NCBI GenBank assembly: GCA_965247115.1
Contig: CBDFGR010000002.1
Span: 1,152,001 to 1,216,000 of the forward strand
Length of the DNA: 64,000 nt
Reading direction: 5' to 3'
Origin: Myxococcota bacterium
GTDB lineage: Bacteria > Myxococcota_A > UBA9160 > SZUA-336
The translations under genes and the position numbers were made by a program. Within the stretch, counting starts at the first letter, position 1. Each line of letters starts with the position of its first letter. Below are positions 46,573-54,687 of this stretch, piece by piece. Below the pieces are notes generated by a model, which was not told where the DNA came from, made no database searches, and saw only the letters and a program-made list of their open reading frames with translations.

Positions 46573-46591
46573 TGTGGGAAATATTCCCACA
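46573..46591. promoter_or_regulatory. Palindrome TGTGGGAA-ATA-TTCCCACA (perfect 8-bp arms) upstream of pilin gene
   Basis: Seen directly; ends 35 nt before ATG 46627; AT-rich in a high-GC background. Confidence 0.65.
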
Positions 46592-46626
46592 GACTCGATG
46601 ACTCAGAGAGGGACGCGAGGTTCAAG

Positions 46627-47286
46627 ATGCAAGAGAGCGTCAAGGCAAAGTTGGCTAGTACCGAGCAGGCGGTCGGACACGAGACGCATACGGGTAGGGT
46701 CCGGTGTCGGCAGGGATTCACTCTGATCGAGCTGATGATCGTGGTCGCGATCATCGGAGTCCTCGCCGGCATCGCCATCCCGAACTTCCTGAAGTTTCAG
46801 ATGCGCTCAAAGGTCGGCGAGGGCAAGGTCAACCTCTCTGCGATACGCACCGCCGAGGAGGCCTACTACTCCGAGATCGGGACGTACATGACCTGGCCGC
46901 TGAACCCCGCCACCGCCCCGAGCTCCCAGAAGCGAGCGTGGACCCCGTGTCCTAACGTTCCCCCTCAGGCCGGAGACCCGGGGCACTGCTTCATCGGCTG
47001 GGAGCCCGAGGGCGATGTGTACTACAGCTACATCGTTGCCACGGACTCGCCGCGTCCGAGCAGCCAGTTCTTCGCCGTCGGCGAGTCGGACATCGATGGT
47101 GACGGGACCCTGAACCTCTGGGGCTATCAGAAGCCGAACACGAGTGGTCAGTTCTCGATCGCCGCGACCCAGGGCTGCAACACGGTCTTGAACGTCCAGA
47201 GATCGACCACCAGCGGGACGAACGTGGCGATGACAAAGCAGGTCGGTCCCTGTAACAGCCCGTTGTTCGGCGTGACGGTCTTCTGA
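46627..47286 (+). CDS. pilA: Type IVa pilin (Myxococcota/deltaproteobacterial PilA-like)
   Basis: RQG|FTLIELMIVVAIIGVLAGIAIPNFLKFQ prepilin cleavage/methylation motif, E.K.NL.AI...E.AYY.E, DIDGDG loop, four Cys in mature part. Confidence 0.85.
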   Translation: MQESVKAKLASTEQAVGHETHTGRVRCRQGFTLIELMIVVAIIGVLAGIAIPNFLKFQMRSKVGEGKVNLSAIRTAEEAYYSEIGTYMTWPLNPATAPSSQKRAWTPCPNVPPQAGDPGHCFIGWEPEGDVYYSYIVATDSPRPSSQFFAVGESDIDGDGTLNLWGYQKPNTSGQFSIAATQGCNTVLNVQRSTTSGTNVAMTKQVGPCNSPLFGVTVF

Positions 47287-47402
47287 GGTTTACTCAGCCT
47301 AAGCGACCGTTCGCTGTTGTCACTAAGCTGTCAATCTCGACTTCGAAGGTGGCGTTGACCACCGCGGTCGAGTTCAACGTGCTGTATCTAATCGAGAATG
47401 TC

Positions 47403-47479
47403 TGGCGCCCCCGGCACGACTCGAACGTGCGACATCCTGATTAGAAGTCAGGTGCTCTATCCAGCTGAGCTACGGGGGC
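47403..47479 (-). tRNA. tRNA-Arg (anticodon TCT)
   Basis: GCCCCCG acceptor stem, TAGCTCAGCTGGATAGAGC D-arm, CCTGA-CT-TCT-AA-TCAGG anticodon arm, GTTCGAGTC T-loop, encoded CCA. Confidence 0.97.
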
Positions 47480-48192
47480 GCGAGCGAGAATCTATAGCAA
47501 TGTCGGGTGCTTGTATCCACAGCACCCTCGCCCGTCGTCTGTGTCTGGGCCCGGGCTGTGCGTTAGACGCCGTCGAGCACGATCTGTCCGAATATCTCGT
47601 GGGTAGCCTCGCTCATCAAGCGCAGGTCCGGCATGATCCCCCCCGGGCCCTCGGACGACTCGATCGGACGGGAAGGCCACTGTCAGAACCCGAAAGCCCT
47701 CTTCTCCCTATCCTCCTCCCTGTTCGAGATAGAGATCGCTCTTCACACCCGCCTCGACGATGGGACGCTGGGCGCGTTCCAGGCCGAGCTGCACTCCCCC
47801 TCGCACCTGCTTCCAGAACTCGGAGGGAGTCGCAACGGCGCCGGGAGTCAGGGCCAGAATCCGTGGGTCGTAAGAGCCCAACAGACATGTCCAGCGTTCG
47901 CCTGTTTGTCGGCCCTGAAAGACCCAATCGTCGTCGCCGCTCCGTCTCGCCTTCAGCCGGAACTGGCGCAGCTGGTTTACGGCTTCTGCTGTGATGAACA
48001 CGCTCCGCTCAGCGTGGCTCTAGGGGCTGGATCAAGGGGCGGGTCCCTCAGACGAGAGGGCTATCCCGCCAGCACAATCGCGTCCTGACAGTGGCCTTCC
48101 CGTCCGATCGAGTCGTCCGAGGGCCCGGGGGGATCGCATCATGTGCCCACTTTGGACAGTGTCAAGAATTATAGGCGGGACGTAGACGGCAC

Positions 48193-49935
48193 CTACGCGG
48201 GCGGGATGATGGGAAGGAGGACGTGGGCCGGTTGTTCGGGGCCAAAATGCAATTTTACGTTACCTGAGAAAATCTCGGGCGGCCGGTTCCGGACGTCATC
48301 ATGAAGAAAGGGACCACAACCCTGGAATACATTCTTCATGGTCCCCAGGGTTCCGCCGGTCTCGCCAGCGTACTCGTAATCCCGCCCCAGCACGCTCAGG
48401 GCAATCCGGTATTCAGCAGGTACGACGATACACGTCGGCCAGATCTCGACATCCAGATCGACGACTTCACCGGGCGCCAATGGTTGTTTCTCATCGTGGG
48501 TATGGTAGGGGCGGTATTCTTCCGTCAGCTTGGGATCGAGCTTGCGGTGCGATGCTCGCAGCCAGCCCTGGCCGATCGGCGTGTTAGGATCGATTAGGCC
48601 CTGAAAGACGACCTCTTCCCCGTCGGGGGCGAACACTCGAAGCACGAGGAAGACGTCGGCGTCTTCTGTGGAGGAGGACAAGAACAGCTTGGCCGCGCTC
48701 GGGCCGGTGATTTCCATCTCTTCCTCGAGCGGCGCTGAAAGGAACGTCAGCCCCTCGCCCATGGGGTCGTACTCAACGGATCCCGCGACATTGACGGGAT
48801 CCCGGCTCAGCCTGAATCCATTTGGATCAAGGTAGAATCGGGTCCATTGAGTCCGCGCAAGGGGCCACTCGTTTTCGAGGCGCTCCACGAAGCCGTCGAC
48901 CCTTCTGATCTGGAGCTGGACGCGGGGCTGGTCCAGCCATCCATTGTCGAGACCTTTCAAGAAGTGGTCGAAGAAACGCTTCTGGAGCTTGCGGCCGTAA
49001 TCGGTGTAGAAGTGCGTCCAGTGCTCGAGTCCATGCATCTCGAGCCATTTTTGCTCGGACGCGGCCCGGACGAAACACTCCACGTTCCCTCGCAGGTGCA
49101 GACCCTGGCCCCCCCAGTTTCCCGCGGTTAGCAACGGCGTGGTGACCTTCTCCCAGACGGGAGAACGGGCCCTGTGGTAGTCGTCATCGAGGGGATGGGA
49201 GACGATGTCGCCCTCTATATCGCAACGATTCTTGGCCAGCTCCTCTTCGGGGAGCGTCTCAGGGCCGGCCGCCCATTCACCGGTGACGGGACTTCTGCGT
49301 CCACGTTCGCCGACTCCGTGCTGGACCGTCTTGACCTGCATATCGGACCAGTTGTCCCAGAAAGTTTGTCGAATCCCGCCGTGGTGCGTACTGTCACGGT
49401 ACCAGTCGGCGGCGGCCTCCCAGGCGCACATCGCCGCCAGATGAGGCGTCTGATGTGACGCCACCTGGTACTGGTTCATCCCGTAATACGAGATGCCGTT
49501 CAGTCCGATCTTTCCGTTGCTCCAGGGCTGGATGGCCGCCCATTCGATGCAGTCGAAGAGATCCTTCGTCTCGCGAGGGGAGAAGTGGTCGATATAGCCC
49601 GGTGAGCGGCCGGCGCCGCGCGAGTCTACCCGCACGCAGACGTACCCGTCCGGCACCCACTTCTCGGGGTCCATCGCTTCATAGTTCTGATACTTGTTGG
49701 TGGAACCTGCGGCCACGTCTGGGTGGTTTTTCTCCATGCGCTCCCATTGATCCTTGTAGCCCTCCTGGAAGGCGATCCCTTTGGCGTACGGCCCATGGCT
49801 CAGGATCACAGGGGACTTTCCTTCTTCAATTGGCCGGTAGACATCTGCTCGCAAGACAAGGCCGTCGTCCATCTCAATAGGAACGTCCCAATCGATTCGC
49901 ATGCCGTCGCGGATTTCATTCTTTTCTTCAATCAT
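48193..49935 (-). CDS. CocE/NonD family serine hydrolase
   Basis: MDDGLVLRADVYRP, DSRGAGRSPG, WSNGKIGLNGISYYG (GxSYxG), GWLRASHR, PepX_C-like C-terminus. Confidence 0.92.
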   Translation of the reverse strand: MIEEKNEIRDGMRIDWDVPIEMDDGLVLRADVYRPIEEGKSPVILSHGPYAKGIAFQEGYKDQWERMEKNHPDVAAGSTNKYQNYEAMDPEKWVPDGYVCVRVDSRGAGRSPGYIDHFSPRETKDLFDCIEWAAIQPWSNGKIGLNGISYYGMNQYQVASHQTPHLAAMCAWEAAADWYRDSTHHGGIRQTFWDNWSDMQVKTVQHGVGERGRRSPVTGEWAAGPETLPEEELAKNRCDIEGDIVSHPLDDDYHRARSPVWEKVTTPLLTAGNWGGQGLHLRGNVECFVRAASEQKWLEMHGLEHWTHFYTDYGRKLQKRFFDHFLKGLDNGWLDQPRVQLQIRRVDGFVERLENEWPLARTQWTRFYLDPNGFRLSRDPVNVAGSVEYDPMGEGLTFLSAPLEEEMEITGPSAAKLFLSSSTEDADVFLVLRVFAPDGEEVVFQGLIDPNTPIGQGWLRASHRKLDPKLTEEYRPYHTHDEKQPLAPGEVVDLDVEIWPTCIVVPAEYRIALSVLGRDYEYAGETGGTLGTMKNVFQGCGPFLHDDVRNRPPEIFSGNVKLHFGPEQPAHVLLPIIPPA

Positions 49936-50069
49936 CTGTCATCGACTCCAAGAATTCGTAGCCACTTCTCCAGAAACCCAGGCCTGTCTGGCCGAGGCGA
50001 AACTAAGCGTATCAGAGGCAGGTCCGTGCTATCGCGAAGACTCGTCGCGAGGAGCCAGGCTCGTGCCCT

Positions 50070-50784
50070 AGCCACCTGGTCCACTTCCCAGCTCACCCGG
50101 CAGGTGAACTCGGGTCGGGTCGTGTGGCGGTCGAGGAACTCGAGCAGCGGGCGGCTCTCGGCCTCGGTCATGCCCTCGAAGCGTGTCCCGAACATGCGAT
50201 TGACGTACAGGCCCTCGACGCCGGTTTCTGGATGGCAGCGTACCAGCGGATGAACTGCGCTGTGCTCCGGGTGATCGGGTTGGCCCAGGCCGCCTAGCTG
50301 TGCACTGCGCGCATTCGCTGCAGCAGCCGCTGCAAACCGGGACTCGGAGCCGAGAAGGCGGCCACACTGCTCGCAAAGCCGGTGTCGCCGCCGATCGATG
50401 GGATGATCCGTGCAGGCAGGATCGAGACCAGGCCGCACGGCGAGCGAAAGGTCACGTCGGCGTGCCAGTCGCTGCCGCCGAACAGGCGCGTGCCGTCCGG
50501 CTCCTTGCGCATCTCCAGGACCTCCGGCACCCCATCGACCTTCAGCACCCCCTCATCGGCGTGGTGATCGAACAGGGGCCAAAGCGCGCCGTGACGGCAC
50601 GCAACGTCTCTGGCTCCAGCTCCTGGTTCGGGAGCGCCAGGACGTGGTATCGATCTAGCAGCGCGCGAAGAGCTGCGAACGATTCGTCCGACATCCGTGC
50701 GCCCAGTTTCAACCCGCTGACCCGCGCCCCCAGGTGGGGGGCCAGCGGCTCGACTTCGACCCCGACCGGCGAATTCAGGGGCAT
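50070..50784 (-). pseudogene. TauD/TfdA alpha-ketoglutarate dioxygenase pseudogene
   Basis: Three pieces in different frames: PLAPHLGARVSG...; DWHADVTF (HxD)...GGDTGFAS...RAVHS*; HPLVRCHPETG...LYVN...RPEFTCRVSW; final WDNR..H motif missing. Confidence 0.85.
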
Positions 50785-51201
50785 CAGCTCCGCCTTGCAC
50801 GCCGGTCTGTAGAGCACCGCCGGCCTGCTTTCTTGGTCGTGCGCTCCGGCTTCCGGCCGGCCGCGAAATCTGCCGTCTCCGCGCGAGTATGCTGGGTGCG
50901 AAAGGACTTCGCGCTCGCGGAGTCCCGGTGGGCCCAGAATTTGCGATAACCGTGGAGTTGTGTGGCAGCCTGCATGAGCCGGGGCCTCGAGTCACGCCGG
51001 AAGACCCAGGAGCCAGCGACGCCGCGCACTGCCTAGCGCGGGCGGTCTCCCGTGAACTGCCCATTCTAGCCCTTGGTGGGCTAGCTGGCCTCCGGGCCAC
51101 TCTCGGGGCCGCGAGCCCGATACTCCTGACGTGCTTCGTGTTTCCACCCGGGGGATTGAGTAAGCTTCTTCTCCTGGTCTCGCTCGCACAGGGGAAAGCC
51201 C

Positions 51202-51864
51202 ATGGCTGACATCGTGAACTGGCACATCGTCGGCGACTGGTTCGACAACTGCAGCTGCGCCATCGCGTGCCCGTGCACCTTCGCCCAGCCGCCGGACAAC
51301 AACTTCTGCGAGTCCGTGCTCTTCTGGCACGTGCGCGAGGGCTACTACGGCGATGTCCGGCTCGACGGCCTGAGCATGGTGCGGGTCGGGCGCTGGGAAG
51401 GCCATCTCTGGGCGGGTGAAGCCAAGGGCGCGGCCGGCATCTACATCGACGAGCGGGCCGACGAGCGTCAGGCCGAGGCGCTTCCCGCAATCATCGGCGG
51501 CCGAGTGGGCGGCTTCCCGTCGATGGTGGCGGACCTGTTCTCGGAAGGGCGCCAGGTGCTGGGGATCGAGCGCGCGGCGATAACCTTCGAAATCACCCCC
51601 GATCAATCCCGCTGGGGCGTGGAAATTGCCGGCAAGGTGAAGGCCTGGGCCGAGGCGCTGGTCGGGCCGACCAGCAACCCGGGCGAGTACCCACGCTTGA
51701 TGAATGCGCCTGGATCCGAGACCGGTCCCGGCCCGCAGCTCGTGACCTGGGGCACGTCGACCGTGTGCAAGGTCGACGCCTTCGGGTATGACTTCGAGTG
51801 GACGGTCAACTCCGCCAAGCACATACCCTTCGACTGGCGCGGCCCGCAATGGGACCGGCCTTGA
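51202..51864 (+). CDS. DUF1326 domain protein
   Basis: W.I.GDWFDNCSC.IACPC, G.YGDVRLDGL, IDERADERQ.EAL, PFDW.GP. Confidence 0.85.
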   Translation: MADIVNWHIVGDWFDNCSCAIACPCTFAQPPDNNFCESVLFWHVREGYYGDVRLDGLSMVRVGRWEGHLWAGEAKGAAGIYIDERADERQAEALPAIIGGRVGGFPSMVADLFSEGRQVLGIERAAITFEITPDQSRWGVEIAGKVKAWAEALVGPTSNPGEYPRLMNAPGSETGPGPQLVTWGTSTVCKVDAFGYDFEWTVNSAKHIPFDWRGPQWDRP

Positions 51865-51915
51865 AGGGCAGGGATCAGGCGACTGCCACCCCCTTGGCGA
51901 CCAGCGCGTCCATCC

Positions 51916-52068
51916 GCTCGTCGGGGGTGGCGCCTCGTCTCCGTGGACGAGGCCCTGGATACCGGCACCGCGGCGGGGCGGCTCATGCTCACCGTCCTCG
52001 CGGGCCTTGCACAGGTGGAGCGGTAGCAGGTGGGCGAGCGGGTCCGGTCGGCGATGGACCGCGTCGCC
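51916..52068 (+). pseudogene. Serine recombinase (resolvase/invertase) remnant
   Basis: ARRGWRLVSVDEALDTGTAAGRLMLTVLAGLAQVER*QVGERVRSAM matches resolvase consensus DT.T..GR.M..VL...A..ERE...ER; in-frame TAG at 52024. Confidence 0.8.
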
Positions 52069-52178
52069 TGTTCATGTGCACGCCGCGCGGGCGGATCTTC
52101 CGTAGGTCGGGAACCACCAATCTGAGGGCCGACGGACCGGTTACTAATTCTCAAGCGGGAGGCGAACCACTCCCCGCA

Positions 52179-52417
52179 GCGCCTCAGGGAAGACCCAGCG
52201 CCACCAACTCGGCGGGGTGATCCTCGCCGCCGATCGCCACCACGATGTACTGCTTGCCGTTCCACAGGCAGCTCATCGGTGCTCCAGTGGTCCCTGCAGC
52301 CAGCGCGGTTTCCCAAAGGACGGTGCCGGTGGCCTTGTCGTAGGCGCGAAACTTGTTTCCACCACCGCCTTTCGGGGTCGCTACGATGATCGGACTGCCC
52401 TCACCGATGAAGAGGAG
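52179..52417 (-). repeat. 239-bp near-identical copy of the 3' end of the PQQ dehydrogenase gene (54683-54921)
   Basis: Direct repeat, offset 2504 bp, 5 mismatches counted by eye. Confidence 0.92.
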
Positions 52418-52459
52418 AAACGGGTCCGGCGCAGCGCGTCCGAAGTCTCGACGATCGCG

Positions 52460-53377
52460 CTAAGACGCACGCGTTTCGCCTGCCAAAGCCTTCTTCCCGA
52501 GCTCGCGTAGATACGTGCGCTGAAAGGCGACGTAGCCCGACTGCGTGACGCCGAGGCGGTCGACCAGCCGCTCGTGCAGGAGCGGCAGGGCGTGGAAGGG
52601 TACGCCCGTACAGGCGTGATGCTCAGCGTGGTAGGGCATGTTCCACATCAGGAAGCGCACCGGCGCCGCGGTAAAGGTCGTTCGGGTGTTCTCGAGCATG
52701 TCGGGCACATGCGGGCAGCCGCTGTGCTCCGCCAGGAGCACCAGCCGCAGCCAGGGCTGGCCCAGCAGCAGAGGCAACCACCAGTAGAGGAGCGGGGCCA
52801 TCCACCCCGTCGCGACCGCCCCACCCGCGATCACCAGATAGGCTGCCGCGTGCCAGCGTGCCTCGCGAACGATGCGCCCGCGTTGGACCTCGGGCACGTA
52901 GGGGGCCGACACCCTTCCGCAGGCGTGTCGCCAGAGCTCGCCAAAGCGCTGCGCCCAGTTGTCCCCGCCGCCGACGTGGTGGACATATCGCGACAGGCTC
53001 GCTGGACGCGGCGTGACGAGCTCGGGATCGTGCGCCGGATCGCCCGTGAAGCGGTGATGGGCCAGGTGGAAGAGCCGGAAGTGCCGGGCGGGAAGCAGCT
53101 GAAGAAAGCCGATCGTCGCGGCCACCGCGTCGCTCAGGCGCCGGCTCGAGAACGCCGTTCGGTGTACGGACTCGTGCAGCCCCGCGAAGAGGGCCACCAG
53201 GACGATCCCGTGCGCCAGGAGTGCCGGCGCGACCCAGATGCTCCCAGTCGTCAGGCGGATGGCGACCCCGGTGCCCAGCAAGAGTCCTGTGTGCGCCCCG
53301 AGACGGAGGAGCCCCGTCAGGTTGGAACGGTCCGTCAGGCCCTCGATCTCGGTCAGCGGAGCTGCGGTCCCGTGCAC
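52460..53377 (-). CDS. Fatty acid desaturase family protein
   Basis: His boxes HESVH, HLAHH, HAEHH; AEHSGC, NTRT. Confidence 0.88.
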   Translation of the reverse strand: MHGTAAPLTEIEGLTDRSNLTGLLRLGAHTGLLLGTGVAIRLTTGSIWVAPALLAHGIVLVALFAGLHESVHRTAFSSRRLSDAVAATIGFLQLLPARHFRLFHLAHHRFTGDPAHDPELVTPRPASLSRYVHHVGGGDNWAQRFGELWRHACGRVSAPYVPEVQRGRIVREARWHAAAYLVIAGGAVATGWMAPLLYWWLPLLLGQPWLRLVLLAEHSGCPHVPDMLENTRTTFTAAPVRFLMWNMPYHAEHHACTGVPFHALPLLHERLVDRLGVTQSGYVAFQRTYLRELGKKALAGETRAS

Positions 53378-53424
53378 GCGGAGATTGTAAGCACTTGTCT
53401 GCCCCGAGTGGGTATCCTCGGCGG

Positions 53425-54204
53425 ATGCTGCTCGAGAACAGGATCTGCCTCGTCACCGGCGCCGGGGCGGGCATGGGCCGGGCCATCGCGCTCCGGTACG
53501 CGCGTGAGGGGGCCAGCGTTGCCCTGGCCGAGATCGACGCGGACGCCGGCAAGCAGGTCGAGGGCGAGATCTCCGCGCTGGGTCGGCCCGCCCACTTCGT
53601 TCAGACCGACATGGCAAGGCTCTCCGAAATCGAGCGCCTGGTCGAGCAGACGGTTGGCGCCTTTGGCCGGATCGACGTGCTGGTGAACAACGCGGGCGTG
53701 ACGCGCAGCCTCGGTTTCTTCGATGTATCGGAAGCCGACTGGGACTGGATCCACTCCGTGAACGCGAAGGGCCTGTTCTTTTGCATGCAGGCGGTGGCGC
53801 GACAGATGCGCGCGCAGGGCGGCGGCCGGATCATCAACATCGCCTCGATCGCCGCCAAGGGCTACCGGGGCACCTCCAACGTCGCCTATGCGGGCTCCAA
53901 GGGTGCCGTGGTCGCGATGACGCGGGTCGGCGCCTCCCAGCTGGCGCGCTTCGACATCACGGTGAACGCGATCTGCCCGGGCGTGACGAGCACGGGCATG
54001 CTCGAGGGCCTGATGCAAGAAGCGGTCGAGCGCCGGGAGATCAGCGAGGAAGACTTCCTGGCGCGCATCGACGCGTCGATCCCGTTGCGCCGCTCCAACA
54101 GCCCCGAAGACATCGCCGGATTGGCGCTGTTCCTGGCCTCCGACGCCGCGCGCAACGTGACCGGCCAGTCGTGGAACGTCGACGGCGGCCTCGTCAACGA
54201 CTGA
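53425..54204 (+). CDS. Short-chain dehydrogenase/reductase
   Basis: TGAGAGMG, NNAGV, YAGSK, NVTGQSWNVDGG. Confidence 0.9.
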   Translation: MLLENRICLVTGAGAGMGRAIALRYAREGASVALAEIDADAGKQVEGEISALGRPAHFVQTDMARLSEIERLVEQTVGAFGRIDVLVNNAGVTRSLGFFDVSEADWDWIHSVNAKGLFFCMQAVARQMRAQGGGRIINIASIAAKGYRGTSNVAYAGSKGAVVAMTRVGASQLARFDITVNAICPGVTSTGMLEGLMQEAVERREISEEDFLARIDASIPLRRSNSPEDIAGLALFLASDAARNVTGQSWNVDGGLVND

Positions 54205-54339
54205 TTTTTGAGCCGGCGGGTCCTCCGCGGTCTCGACCAGATTCTACGCCTCGCCGGCGCCCGGGAAGACCAACCGATGGGCGGGCGTTCATTCGCCCTC
54301 GAACGCATGATCGCCAGCACGTCCTCTCGCCTCTTCTTC

Positions 54340-54640
54340 CTCAAGATGCCGGGTCACCTCTTTCCACCGCGGGTCGGCGCGCATCGCTGTGAACGTCGGA
54401 TCGAGCCGTAGAGATTGGAGGAACACTACTGAGTGCTCTTCTACTGCACGATGAACCCAGTGGAACGCTCGGTCATAGTCTCCCAATGCGTCCGTCCGCA
54501 TCGTAAATCCTGATTGCTCGGCGATAGTGGTCGAGCGCTGCAGTGATGTTGCCGCGGCGACGCGCGAGATCGCCCAAACTGCCATGAAACCAGCGGGCGT
54601 TCGGATGGAGCGGCTCCACCTGGGCGTCGATTTGGTCTTC
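54340..54640 (-). pseudogene. Frameshifted C-terminal remnant of a TPR protein (TolB-like/kinase/cyclase-associated type)
   Basis: SLGDLARRRGNITAALDHYRRAI in one frame, ALGDYDRAFHWVHRAVEE...LRLDPTF..MRADPRW in another. Confidence 0.6.
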
Positions 54641-54687
54641 TCGTTTCGAGCAACGCAGATGGCGTTGCTCGACCGGATCGCGGCGCC

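Noticed and set aside
46717..47286. Electrically conductive e-pilin
   Set aside because: Aromatics at positions 1, 24, 27, 50, 51 and 57 and about 20/189 overall fit the heuristic, but there is a 37-aa aromatic-free gap, the pattern is common in this pilin class, and the heuristic is contested.
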